Shown here: in pieces, positions 52,999-64,000 of the stretch
How positions within the stretch are numbered: the first letter of the stretch is position 1
Layout: every line of letters begins with the position of its first letter
Assembly (NCBI GenBank): GCA_001949185.1
Contig: BDGG01000001.1
Span: forward strand, 4,081,624 to 4,145,623
From: Ramazzottius varieornatus
Taxonomy: Eukaryota > Animalia > Tardigrada
Reading direction: 5' to 3'
DNA length: 64,000 bases
The notes under the pieces: generated by a model
What the model was told of the DNA's origin: nothing
The model's database searches: none
The model's input: the letters and a program-made list of their open reading frames with translations, nothing else
Translations under genes and position numbers: made by a program

Positions 52999-54209
52999 TT
53001 ATTTTCTCCGCCTATATTTCGAGGCACCGGATCCATAAGAGCTCTGTCCTGAGTTTGGTCCATACGCCATCAAGTTGTAAATTGGAGGCCGACTGTACCC
53101 GCTGCTTTTCCCGCCCGAATACCCATTGCCGCCACCTCCGCCATAGCCTCCACTTCCGCCACCGCCACCCCCTCCAGAATATCCACCATTACCTCCGTGA
53201 CTCGAACCACCACCCTGCCCATAGTTCATCTGGCTGTGTCCGCCATAACCGCCACCACTGCTCTCCCCGTATCCCTGGGTGCCCCCGGAGTAACCTTCCA
53301 ACCCACCGCTACCGCCGCCACCACCACCACCATAACCCGGGCTACCGTAGCTGCTGCCCATCGGTCTCTCATAGGTAATCACGGGTTGCTGGTAAGTGTT
53401 CGCACCATAGCTTCCTCCGCCGCTGCCACCGTAATTCCCACTTCCTCCACCTCCGTTTCCACCACCGCCATAACCTCCACCTCCATAGTTGTTACTTTCA
53501 TAGTTGTAATTGTATTCTTCTTTGTAGAGCGGATTACAGTAAGCGTCAACCTGAAACACAAAACAGACCTCCAGTTGAAGACACAGATATAACTTGGGTT
53601 TTGAGAACCCGATCTTATATGGGCGGTCCATTGAGCAGCAACATTCTGTTTGATTTTCTACGTTGACGTGAGATTTCATCCCCAAAATTGAACTATACCT
53701 TGAAATGCCAGTCACAAACGGATAGATAGTTATTGAAGCGCGTGTATGGTGGACAGTAAAGTGTATCTAGTCTTCCATCGCTCTGGCAAACCTGCAAAAG
53801 AAGATCGTCCAATACATCTTAAACCGAAGGGTTCTTGCCACCGGAAGAGCTACTACGGCAAAGTCCAACTGACCTTGAAGGTTTTGCAGTCGTAATCCGC
53901 ATCGCCGTAATATCCAGCAGGGCGTCCATAGCATCCACCGCTGGTTCCCGGTCCGTAGCCCGAATCATATCCGCCCGAACCACCTTGATAACCACCATAG
54001 CTGCTTCCGGCCTGCTGGTAGTTCGGCATATTCCCACTGGCGGAAGCTAATAGCGGTTCCGGCGGAACCATATTGGTCTTCTCCGCTGCCGAAGGGTGCG
54101 CGGCCTTCACCGAAACCACACCATGCTCGGGAATCAGCGGGCCACTTTGCCCGAATATCCCCGGGACAAAGTTCAGAGCGGCACACAGTACCAAAGGGAA
54201 GAACGTCAT
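52999..54209 (-). CDS. Secreted CBM14 protein with a Gly/Tyr/Ser (GGY) tail; paralog 8
   Basis: Signal MTFFPLVLCAALNFVPGIFG. Domain CYGRPAGYYGDADYDCKTFK|VCQSDGRLDTLYCPPYTRFNNYLSVCDWHFK|VDAYCNP. Tail GGGGYGGGG repeats. Confidence 0.9.
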
Positions 54210-55566
54210 GGTGAGGCAAGAAACAGTCTCGAATGCCGACACTTTTTACTGCTGGACAACAATTCCCGCGGCTTCACAACGGCAATCGGCAATGGAGGCG
54301 AAAAGTCATGCCTTCACCGATTATTTAACAGGTCGTAATTGGGAATGATCTGGTCTTTAAACTATAAGTAGCCGCTCATAGCGACAATGGGACAAGAGGC
54401 CTTTATGTGTCAACGCATAAGCGATACACGGGCCGTGGCTCTTACACTTTATGAATTATAAATATGGCAAAGACACTACTTGACAACGTCTTGATCATAA
54501 CTTGGGCTGATCCCACTGGTGGTCCGTCAGCCATCAAGTGGCTCCGTTGGTCCAACTCGACGCGTACCATCCGGTCCGGGAAGATGCACGACGTGCTCTG
54601 CGCTACCATCTGCAAAGCAGGTTCGCCTTTTACTCGGATTGGATTAGAAGCTGTTAGTATGTTGGAGTACCTTGCTACAGCGCCAGAAGATGCTTCAGCG
54701 TAATTAACCCACGGGTGTCTCCACTTGGTCACCAAAGCAATGGTCCGAGCCAACAGCTTCTGTTTAGTGCCACATCACATACAAGTCGAGCTCCACCACC
54801 TGTGTAAACACCAATAGTCAGGTTAATTTTAAGCGGAATATGTTATAAAATGCTTTCGCACCTGCTGGAAATTTGCAGTCATTGCTGGTCAGTAATCACT
54901 GCAGCGTGGGAGAATCCGTGAAACGAAGCACACACCGAGGCATCCTTCGGGCGCTGGAAACGACCGTACGCGTATTCTGTACGGTCTACCGATATGAGAG
55001 CAGAGCAGTATAATCCATCGGGCATCCGTCCCGTGCTCCTTAGTTGCCCGTTTCGTAACACGATTGCTAGATGGTCCAAGCAGCATACGAGCAGAAAACT
55101 TAGTATAAACGGGGATTTGATCAGAAATTCAGGACTCCCGAAATCAGAGCAGCACGAAAACAAATAAGGGGCAATGGCTGTTGGCGTCATGCCACAGCCA
55201 CGATGTTGAGATGACCATTATTTCCAGGCGAGCCCTACGTGATAACGGGTGACCCTCTACGCTATCACCCACGGCTTGACATTTTCATTTGTTGGTTCGG
55301 TGCCGCTCTAACCATGGTGGGCCACGGGGAGAAAGGTCTGGCCTCATTGTGAACGAACACCCCAGGTTCTTCATAAAATGACGTCACGGAATGCGGGCTC
55401 CCATTGTCGCAGAGTTTTGGTTCCGTTTGACCAAATTTTGGGTTTACTGTATTTTCATTTTTGTCCTCTATTTTGAAATCTTCCTCTGTTGAAAGTTGAT
55501 CTGTTTGCGCCGTGTTTTGAAGCCTTGGATTGCGGGAGCAAGCATCTGTTCTTCTGATTGTGGAAT

Positions 55567-58500
55567 ATGGATCGTGAAACAGCTCTAGCAGAGGTAGTGG
55601 AGCAGTATCAGCAGCTCAGGACTGAACCAGGCTTTGCAGGTGTGGACCGTATGGCTGACATCATCTTTGCTCTCATCTTTATCTAACAAAACCTGCTAGC
55701 CGTATTCCGTTGTTTTTAGTATTCGTCGATACCTGTTATGACAGTGGATTCAACCCGACGGACAATGATTTTGGAAACTTCGCACCGCTCAATGACGCGC
55801 TTGAAGGCTTCACTCCAGAAATCTTAACTCAACTAGCAGAATCGCTGTGTCAGTTGCTCACCTTCTCACCTACTCCGGAGGAACGAACGAATGATCGAAA
55901 CAGAGAACGAAGTAAGTAGTAACTTTGCTTAACTGAGCTGAGTCGGAACCAAGATCATTTCCTCTTTTAGATGTGTTGGAAGTGTTGGACGAATCATCTG
56001 GAATGTCAAACGGGCTCAACGTCAAAGAGTTCGTTGCTGCCCTTGCCTTCTGCATCCTGACGGGACTGAAAGTAAGAGTTGAAAACACCCTGCTGAACTC
56101 ACAGAAGAACAACGTATCGCTTTTTGTTGCCCACAGGCAAAGGAGAATAATGGAGTGGCTGCTCGAGGTGGTATCGCAGCTTCGGTATTCTTCCTACTGT
56201 GCACTGCAACGAATGGCAGTGTACCCGCTCGCCTTCATGGAGTGCTTGGGATATCGTCGATCTACATCAAACACATGTTCTCCAAAAGTGTGGACATGCT
56301 GTCGTTGCCCGATCTGTGGGAAACTCAGAAGTTTGTTGGAGGCAAGAAAGGACCGAAGAGACGAGCACACTTACAAGTAAACCTCGTAGTCTCAGGCAAA
56401 TTTATTAATCTGATCTTCTAGATTGATAACTGCCAATTTAAATTGATATTTTATTTCAGGAAAGAACGCTCTTGAATGTGGACGAAGATCAGGAGCTTGT
56501 GGTTCAGACAGGTCTCCAATGGGAAGAAGCTGAATGCATGCTTCTCAAGGTACGTCCGCCGGAAGTAAGCATATATGCAGCTCTGGGAAGTTTCATTTAT
56601 CTTGTTTAATTACAGGCGCTGGTCCTGTTCGTTCGAAATGCCGACTTGGATGCCTTTCCGTACCACCTGGCCCGTCCATGTCGGGCTGTGGCTGGTGTAT
56701 GGAAGCGAGGTTTCGAAAACTTCCAGCCAACACTGGATGTCAGCTTGGACATTAGCGACGTCTTGAAACGAGGCATGCGAAAGGAGTTAGTGGGGAAATT
56801 CTTCTCGCTGGTTGTATCCAACGCGCAGAAGAACTACACCGATAATGTGGAAGTGGTACGTATGAAAACTGCTACTTTCGTGCTCATGCTTTTCTATTTC
56901 TTTTTTCTACCTGTAACAACGCTATGCGCTATACGGTACAGTATCTGATATACTGTGATTCAGCCACTCGAAAGTTATTGCATTCATCTGGCAGGTATTG
57001 TGGTCGTTGGAGCCAGGACTTTTACGGCTGACTGATGCCTTGGGTATGCTCATACCATCTATCCGCTAGTCTTTTTGCTCTCTCTTTTCTTTCCCATAAT
57101 TGCAATGTCTATCATGCGTGCGTTCACAGGTACTTACGCCGCTGTTCCTCCGAAGAAAGTACAAGAATATAGCAACAATGTTGCTGGCTTCTGCCTCAAA
57201 ATCATCCAGAAGTTCGCTGAGGATGAGACCTGCGACGATGTCCTCGAAAGATTCATGCATGACGTATTTGCCAACACACCGGACATGGCAGAGTACCGAC
57301 GTTACTCAGCCAAGGTAAATTATCCCGAGCTTTCTTTCCTACTGTCTCTTGAAACTCTGCTGCAGATGAGTTATGGGAAATGATTGGAACTAGACCTTTT
57401 CCTAAAACGGTGTGGCTGCCACGCACACGTTCAGCCAATAACAATGGAAATGCCCGCCACTTGAGATAACGCTCTGTTGTCTTCCGGGATTCTTCCCACT
57501 TTTCGTACAGCCAATAAATAGATCGTTGGCTAACCGATTTCTTCATTGTAGCTCTTTGTTTCGTTCCTGTCGGTAATGAAACCTGGGTTGCGACAGAATG
57601 TGACTCAGTGGCTAGCGGAAGAGTCGGATGCTGACAGAGCAAGAGGTCGAGCTTTGGCTCTTTGCATAGCGCAGGAGCTGTGGACCAAAGACTGGAACCA
57701 TGGTACTCCTGCAGTAGCATCTCAGCGGTATATTTTACGCGAGTGATTAGGCATAATGTATTTTTACAGTGGAGGTACCCTACTTCAAGTGTAACAACCT
57801 TAAGTCCGCCATCTTGGAGATGTGCATTCGACGCCTACGAGACAAATCATCCAAGTGAGGCGCGCGCTTTTCGTGTGAGAATTCTTATTCTCCAATGTGA
57901 CTGGACTTCTTTATAGAATTCGTGGCTGTGCCGCTTCGGTGATGAGTTTCTTACTGGAGTCTGATGGAGCTGTCTTCGACCACCTCAGAAACGATGAAGA
58001 AACCAATGGTACGTGACTACTTGCTGTTCCTTCAAGCAAAAATTCTAACAAAATTCTTGCTACTTAAGATAACATTACGGTAACTGACAAAACTATATGA
58101 AGTGCGATGGTTGACTGTTTTGTGGCAGAGAAAGATCAACAGTCGGTTCGAACTCTGTTCACCACCGTCCTGGCCGGAATCGCCGATGTATCCGTCGTAT
58201 CCCGCAAGGCGTACCTGTTGATGGTGGGTCGTCTGCTCGTCTCCGACTTCCGCCTCTTCGACATCGAAGTCAAGGAAGCCATTCTTCGTGTCGCTCAAGA
58301 CCCGGCCAAGTCGATGCGCACCTGCAACATCGATGTCATCTGCGACATCGCTAAGACCCAAACCAATGCTGTTGACCAAGTACATTGCCGCATAACATAC
58401 ACTGAAGAATTTAACATGAAACAATAAAATGCATCAACATTTCTAGAATTTAAAATCTCCTCAAAGTTTCACAGAATAAGTGCATAATACAGTAGGATGA

Positions 58501-61500
58501 TTGATCCCCGGGAATAAGGTAGTCTCAACGTTGCTGGTTTCTGCAGGTGAGCGATACGCTGGAAGCGGTTGGAGATCTGTGGTTGCGCGGGGTCTTCCAT
58601 TGCTACATGGACCCAGAACAGACGATCAAGGCTCGCGTCATTGAAGCCTTCGCCTCCATCATCCTCAATCCCGTCCTGACCAGTCCGCAGAATGAAAATA
58701 CCCTGGCCTGGCGTCTCCTAGACAAAATATGTAAAGATGAGCTGGGTGAAATCCGTCTGCTCAGACAGGTCTTGCACGACATGGAGAAGGGCAAGACTCT
58801 CACCACGGCTGTGTACAACAAGATCCGCGAGTACCTTGATGGTCCTCACAAGCAGACGGCGTGGATCATCCTGGCCGAACTGTCTGCGTAAGTTTGCGAC
58901 CAGTTGAGTTCGAGCAGAACCCCACATGAATATTGCAGACGTTAGAGGAAGCAAAACTTATATGCCTCACGGACCTGCATACACTCGTGTCATGATGAGC
59001 GTTCGATGTGGTGTATGCGGATGCGTGAAGAGTTATATCGTTGCGCTACCCAAATACGAACTGTCGACTTTGCCTCACGCGTCACCATGTTTGTTTTCAG
59101 CATTCTGCCAAAGTCCGAGACTGAGTTTGCTTTTGACTTCCTGGACAATGTACCGTTCGAAGGTCAAGATGACGCTTGGGGAGCTTCGCTCTTTCGTGTC
59201 ATCCAAGCGGGCTTCAAGTCGAAGAGTATCAAGAAGGTCACGGACCGTCTTCAGGAACTGAAAGACTATTTTCCGAGAATCCGCGGGGTCGCCACAGTGG
59301 TCGAGGCGGTCCGGGCTGTTGCAGCTGGCTTCGAAGCTCTGGGCGAGAAGCAACAACATGGGAAGCATGACGACTTCGCCGACTGGGCAGACGAGCATCT
59401 TCACGACTGCACCAGACAGTTGAGAGAACAAGTGGCATCTTACGGAGACTGGCTGAACCACCGTTAGTTCTTTTCTCCTTCCTCATAATCATGCGAGGCT
59501 GAAACTTTATTTTGTGCTAGATCGATTGGCGCCAAAAGAGGCGGACGCGAAGGAAGAAGCTACCCCACAGGAGATGGACATCTGCTTCTGCGTCCGACTT
59601 GTTAGCGAACTCGGCTGTCATCTCGGTGTGGGTAAAGGCAACAACCGAGCAGCGAAGGCTGTGGTCGGTGATGAGTCTCCCGAGGCCCTGATCGAACGAG
59701 TGTGCGACTTTGACTCGGTCCTGCAGTGTCGATCGTGGGTCCGAGCACACGGAGTCTTCGCTCTGGGACGTTTGTGTCTGGGTGTGAAGCAGCTGTCGTG
59801 GAAGTACGCGCCCAAGATTGTCGGCATGGCCAACTCCCACACCAACGATATCGGCTTGAGAAGGGACGCCATCGTGGTGGTGTTCGACATGCTGAAGATG
59901 TTTGGAGATGTGATGGAGAAGGACCTGTTCAAAGTGTATGGATGGCTGGGCGACCCCAACAGCACCATTCGCGGTGACGTCATCAATCATTTGCATAACT
60001 TGCTGCTGAATGAACATCTGCAGTGGAACCCGGCGGTCTTCTACCAGTTCTTGACTTCCATATCCGGTAATCAACATTTCGGCTCTTCTGAAACATTTTT
60101 CGAAGATGTATAGTTTCACAATGCAAGACTTGGATATGTTAGATGAAATGTAGGCAAACACACTCGACAAGATCGTTTTATCAAGTGACTCACGTTTACA
60201 GCCTGTAACGCGGAATACATGCGCCACGTGGGGAAACAGTCTTGTCGAGTTTGTTTACCGAGCAATCAAATATGAGTTGCACGGATTTCGAAATACAAGG
60301 GTCATCCCTTTGAAGAATTGAAAGTGGGAACTAAATGTTTTGCTTTTTCAGATCCAAATCCAAAGATTAGAGAATGGGTTCGTTCCTGTCTGCGATCGTT
60401 GATGAAGAAGCGCAACCAGTGCTTCTCGGACTTCTCCGAAGCCATCATCTTCTTGAACGCCTGTCACAGTCATCCTCGTTTCAAGGTGGCCGCCAAGCTG
60501 AATAACCAAGGCGTAGAGTTTGCCTTGGTCGGAAGAGAGTGCGCGGACAAGAGGATGGAAATTTATTCCTTCATGTTGAAGCAGATGGTGGACGACCAGA
60601 AACGTATCACATACGCACGAATCCTCGAGCAGATTCTCATGCCAGTCGTAACAAGGGATGTCCAGATCGAAGCCAACGAGGCGTACAGAAATGTCTTACG
60701 AGACGTCTTCCGCATTCTCGGCTTGAAGGTACAATAAAACTTGAAGGCTTGTAATAAAATTTCTCCACTATGAAAAATCGAAATCTTTACAAATATTATT
60801 TTACAGGAAATGCAGTTTTCGGTCTTCATCAAGAACACTGACGAAGAAGAAGAACTGGAAGAACCGGAAGAAAACGCCGATGCTGATCAGGTCGAAGAAG
60901 AAAATCAGCGCAATGCGGAGAAGCAGAACAAAGCTCAGCGCAAAGAGCTATGGATCAAGTTCCGTCAGGAGATTGTCCAGCGAACTCTGCTGCCGGTCTT
61001 AAGCAGCGTGTACCGCCAGCTTAAATACGTACAAGATGACCAAGACCTTCTGTCGGCGGAAATTCGCTTGGTCGACTACTTAGCGAAGAGCGCCGAAATC
61101 AACCTAGCCGGTAAGATAAATCTTACGCGCGCACGTACCGTTGTCCATAGTAATGCCACAAGGTACCCTGTATGCAAGTGGATGGCGCTTGTCTCTACGT
61201 GGAATTTTCCCCCCAGAACGTTTCTGGACCTTTTGCTTCTTTGCAGAGCTGGCTCAGTCGACGTCGGGGACAGATGGACAGATTCTCAAGAGTCTGGCCA
61301 TGGACATTCAACGCTTAGAAGAACAGACAGGTGCGTCGGTGCCGCCCACTCCTTCCGCTTTAGCTCCTCCTTCCCGAGCAGACGACATCCCTCTAGTATC
61401 GTCTCAGATTATGTCGTCTTCTGATGTGCAGACGCCAGCTGCGACTCCTCTCCCCACCAACGGAACAGTCAAGAAGGCGAAGAAGAAGGCTGATCCGGCT

Positions 61501-62445
61501 GAGTCGGTCGAGGATACACCAAGCGAGGCCTCTGAGGAACCGGTACCTCGTAAGCGTGGTGCGAAGGCGCCCACGGCAAAAGCAAACAAGTCCAAGAAGA
61601 CCGAGGAGGTAGAGGAGAAGGATGAGGAAGTGAAGGAGGAAGAAGTAACGAAGGTGCCAGCAACCAGGCAGTCACGAAGGTTCAAGGACAAGTCCGATGT
61701 TTCGATGCCGTTCGCGGAACGGAACACGAGTAAGAATGGTAAACGACAGTCGGAATCACCTGCGGAAGACAGCGAGAGTGGGCCTACCCGAAAGAAAAAT
61801 GATAACGCTCGACGAGGTTTGAACATAGATTTTAGACTTGATAATGAGTTTTCCGCATTATATATTTTACCGCGAAGCTCTCAAAGAATAGGAAAACGTA
61901 CGCGTTCAACTTTGCATGTACCTGCATACTTGGACTGTATGAAAGGTGCATAGGTTCGTGAATGCAGGTTTGCGAACGCTTCGTTCGCTGACCTTGCAGA
62001 CACACCGCAAAATGAACAAGTGGTCAACAAGTCGAATAGGAAACATATGATTACGCTGAAAGATAATTTGTCTTTAGGTGTGAAGCGACCAGGAAAGAGC
62101 ATGGTGATCAAAGGGGAAGAACTACAGTCATCTCCCGAAATCGCTCCGCGTCGTACAACTCGGCTCACTGCGGTCCAGCAGGCACCGGCGGTGGAAGAAG
62201 AGGACAGCTTCGGAGAAGGGGATGATACGTTGGTCGATCTTCAGAACGGCAGTCGGCCTAGGCGAAGTACGGGAGCGAGGAACGGGGACAAGACGATGTC
62301 GCGTGGTGTCAGCACACCCATCAAGTCGAAGAACGGCAATATGGCGGACCTAACTTTCGGCGCGGACCTTAGCGTGATCGATCCAAGCGAGGTCAGCCAG
62401 AGAGTGATCAGAAGTGCCGCAAAGACGAAGAAAGGAAAGAAATAA
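55567..62445 (+). CDS. NCAPD3: Condensin-2 complex subunit D3 (HEAT repeats, Cnd1 domain), many exons
   Basis: VRAHGVFALGRLCL, WLGDPNSTIR, LLLNEHLQW, FSEAIIFLNACHSHPRF, KRMEIYSFMLKQMVDDQK and C-terminal STPIK...DLTFGADLSVI. Confidence 0.9.
58965..59027. repeat. Palindromic element family B, NCAPD3 intron; another copy at ~61919-61969
   Basis: tcacggacctgcatacac...gtgtatgcggatgcgtga. Confidence 0.72.
60152..60263. repeat. Palindromic element family A, NCAPD3 intron (another degenerate core at ~57410-57465)
   Basis: ggcaaacacactcgacaagatc...caagtg...gcgccacgtg...tcttgtcgagtttgtttaccgagc. Confidence 0.78.
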
Positions 62446-63064
62446 GGATGTGGTCGCTTTGTTGAAGTGCGTTTTAGGTCTTACATAATTATTAATTCCG
62501 TATTTTTTTGGGTTACACTACCGTTTATTTCTGCAATGAATGCTCGTAAGCACGTAGCATGTACAGGAGCCTTTTCAGTTGAATATCTGCTAACACAAGA
62601 AATTCTCAGGTCTGCGTTCTGTTATTTCTGCAGAAGTTGGGTACTCTGTCGTTAAAACATCAGCTGCTGAGAAAAAGAATAATTTGATAAAAACTGCGAT
62701 GCACTTAGTTCCACTAGGAAAACAGAATCGTAGAGGAATCAGACGGTCGAAACAGACGAACTGGGATACGACTCGACGGCACATAACTCGTGACTACGCT
62801 ATCTATCCAGCTAACAAAATACTAGAATGTTTAGATTTCAGAGTTTGTGGAGATTTGGCTAAAATTAATTTCACGCTAACACTGGAGAAGGTAAGTGCGG
62901 GTAAGCAACGGCTATGATGCTATGAACCGTAATCACAGAATTTGGTAAACAGAAACAGAGTAAAAAGAAGCAAGCCAAACAACGGGAATGCGAGAGAGCA
63001 GAAGTCAGGTTGTCAAACAGAAACGATGTCCCCTACACCTAACCTACGTACGGAAAGGAGAGCT

Positions 63065-63754
63065 TTAGGTGATAACGACATCGGGAGCCGAGATGATGCT
63101 GCCCTGGTCAGCATCCACGTACAGAGTCTCCTCTCCACCGACAGGGATCAGCGCTTCTTCCAGCATCAGCATGCGATACTGGCGCGAGTACCAGAAAATG
63201 ACGAATGCCCATTTCCAAGTCATGAATGCCCACACGGATGCCACGAAGTAGGAAGCCCTCAGGTTCTTTAGATCTGGAACACAAGCATAATTATTGATCA
63301 AGTAGCGTCGTCCTCTTATACCGTAACCAAAACTGGAATCATCCGTACCGTCATGGAAAACAATTCCCAACACGATGTACACTACGAAGGCAGAGAATCC
63401 AATAAGTTGTCCTATCAATCCAGCATAGACGGCGGTCCTCAGTCTCGTAGCATGCGGTCGTAGTCGTCCTTGCTTGTAGAAGACGTGAAGGAGAAGAGCT
63501 CCCAGTGCCCATATAGCTACGACAAAGAAATAACACAGGTAGAATGACAGCACGTCCAACAACACTTTTGCAGTACTTTTGTATTGGTTCCGTCGGTATT
63601 GCTTACCTGAGAAAAATCCCCAGAAGACGACGTGGACGTTAGCCACACGGAGAAAGTATAGTCCAACAGTGAGACCAGCGCTCAGACCCAAAGCAGCAGC
63701 TCCAATCCGCAATCGCAGGGACCATGTACCAGGAGCCACGATTATCTTCACCAT
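63065..63754 (-). CDS. SLC48A1: Heme transporter HRG-1 family (4 TM)
   Basis: LRIGAAALGLSAG, WGFFS, LLLHVFY and SYFVASVWAFMTWKWAFVIFWYSRQY. Two introns happen to read through in the ORF track. Confidence 0.88.
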   Translation of the reverse strand: MVKIIVAPGTWSLRLRIGAAALGLSAGLTVGLYFLRVANVHVVFWGFFSGKQYRRNQYKSTAKVLLDVLSFYLCYFFVVAIWALGALLLHVFYKQGRLRPHATRLRTAVYAGLIGQLIGFSAFVVYIVLGIVFHDGTDDSSFGYGIRGRRYLINNYACVPDLKNLRASYFVASVWAFMTWKWAFVIFWYSRQYRMLMLEEALIPVGGEETLYVDADQGSIISAPDVVIT

Positions 63755-64000
63755 CTTGTAGCTTTCAAAGATCCCAAAGCAACCCGACAGTGCGGCAAGG
63801 GCTGTTTCCGGAGGAAAGGAAGTGACGGACAGACGACTCTCTGGTAGAACGGAAAAGGATGGTGGTTCGGAAAGATCAGCTGGTTTGAGTAAACAAAGGC
63901 TCTTGTAATGGTATGCCATGTTATGTCATGTCATGTCATGCAACCTTGTTCCATCGACATTCGACAGGTAATAATTATTATTTTATTTTATTTTGTTTTC

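Noticed and set aside
63755-63919. 55-aa N-terminal extension on HRG-1
   Set aside because: The upstream ATG sits in an (ATGAC)n microsatellite and homology begins at Met 63754. It is probably UTR or promoter sequence.

Overview
Compact, intron-rich animal genomic DNA: GT-AG introns mostly 50-300 bp, short intergenic spaces, one 50-N gap. The gene set is ecdysozoan (ITG-like/prohormone-3, quiver/sleepless, peritrophin-A chitin binders). With the compactness, this suggests a tardigrade such as Ramazzottius; that assignment is inference only. I assembled 21 protein-coding genes by hand across introns. In order: a signal-peptide-bearing SDR of the bacterial general-stress-protein type (partial, at the left edge and absent from the ORF track), polyamine oxidase, Smaug, quiver, ITG-like precursor, HAUS1-like, p31comet, a class A GPCR, a divergent dynein light chain, a PH-domain protein, an atypical CDK4/6, NDUFB3, a dermatopontin-like secreted protein, NCAPD3 and HRG-1. 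Interleaved are eight paralogous secreted single-CBM14 genes that share one domain and intron scaffold but carry different low-complexity tails. Repeats comprise two families of short palindromic elements found only in or beside housekeeping genes, an ATCGAT-rich MITE, a Tc1/mariner-type TIR pair flanking the N gap, and decayed Tc1-like and PIF1/Helitron-like remnants. No rRNA, tRNA or CRISPR array was seen. All family assignments come from motif recognition by eye; no searches were run.
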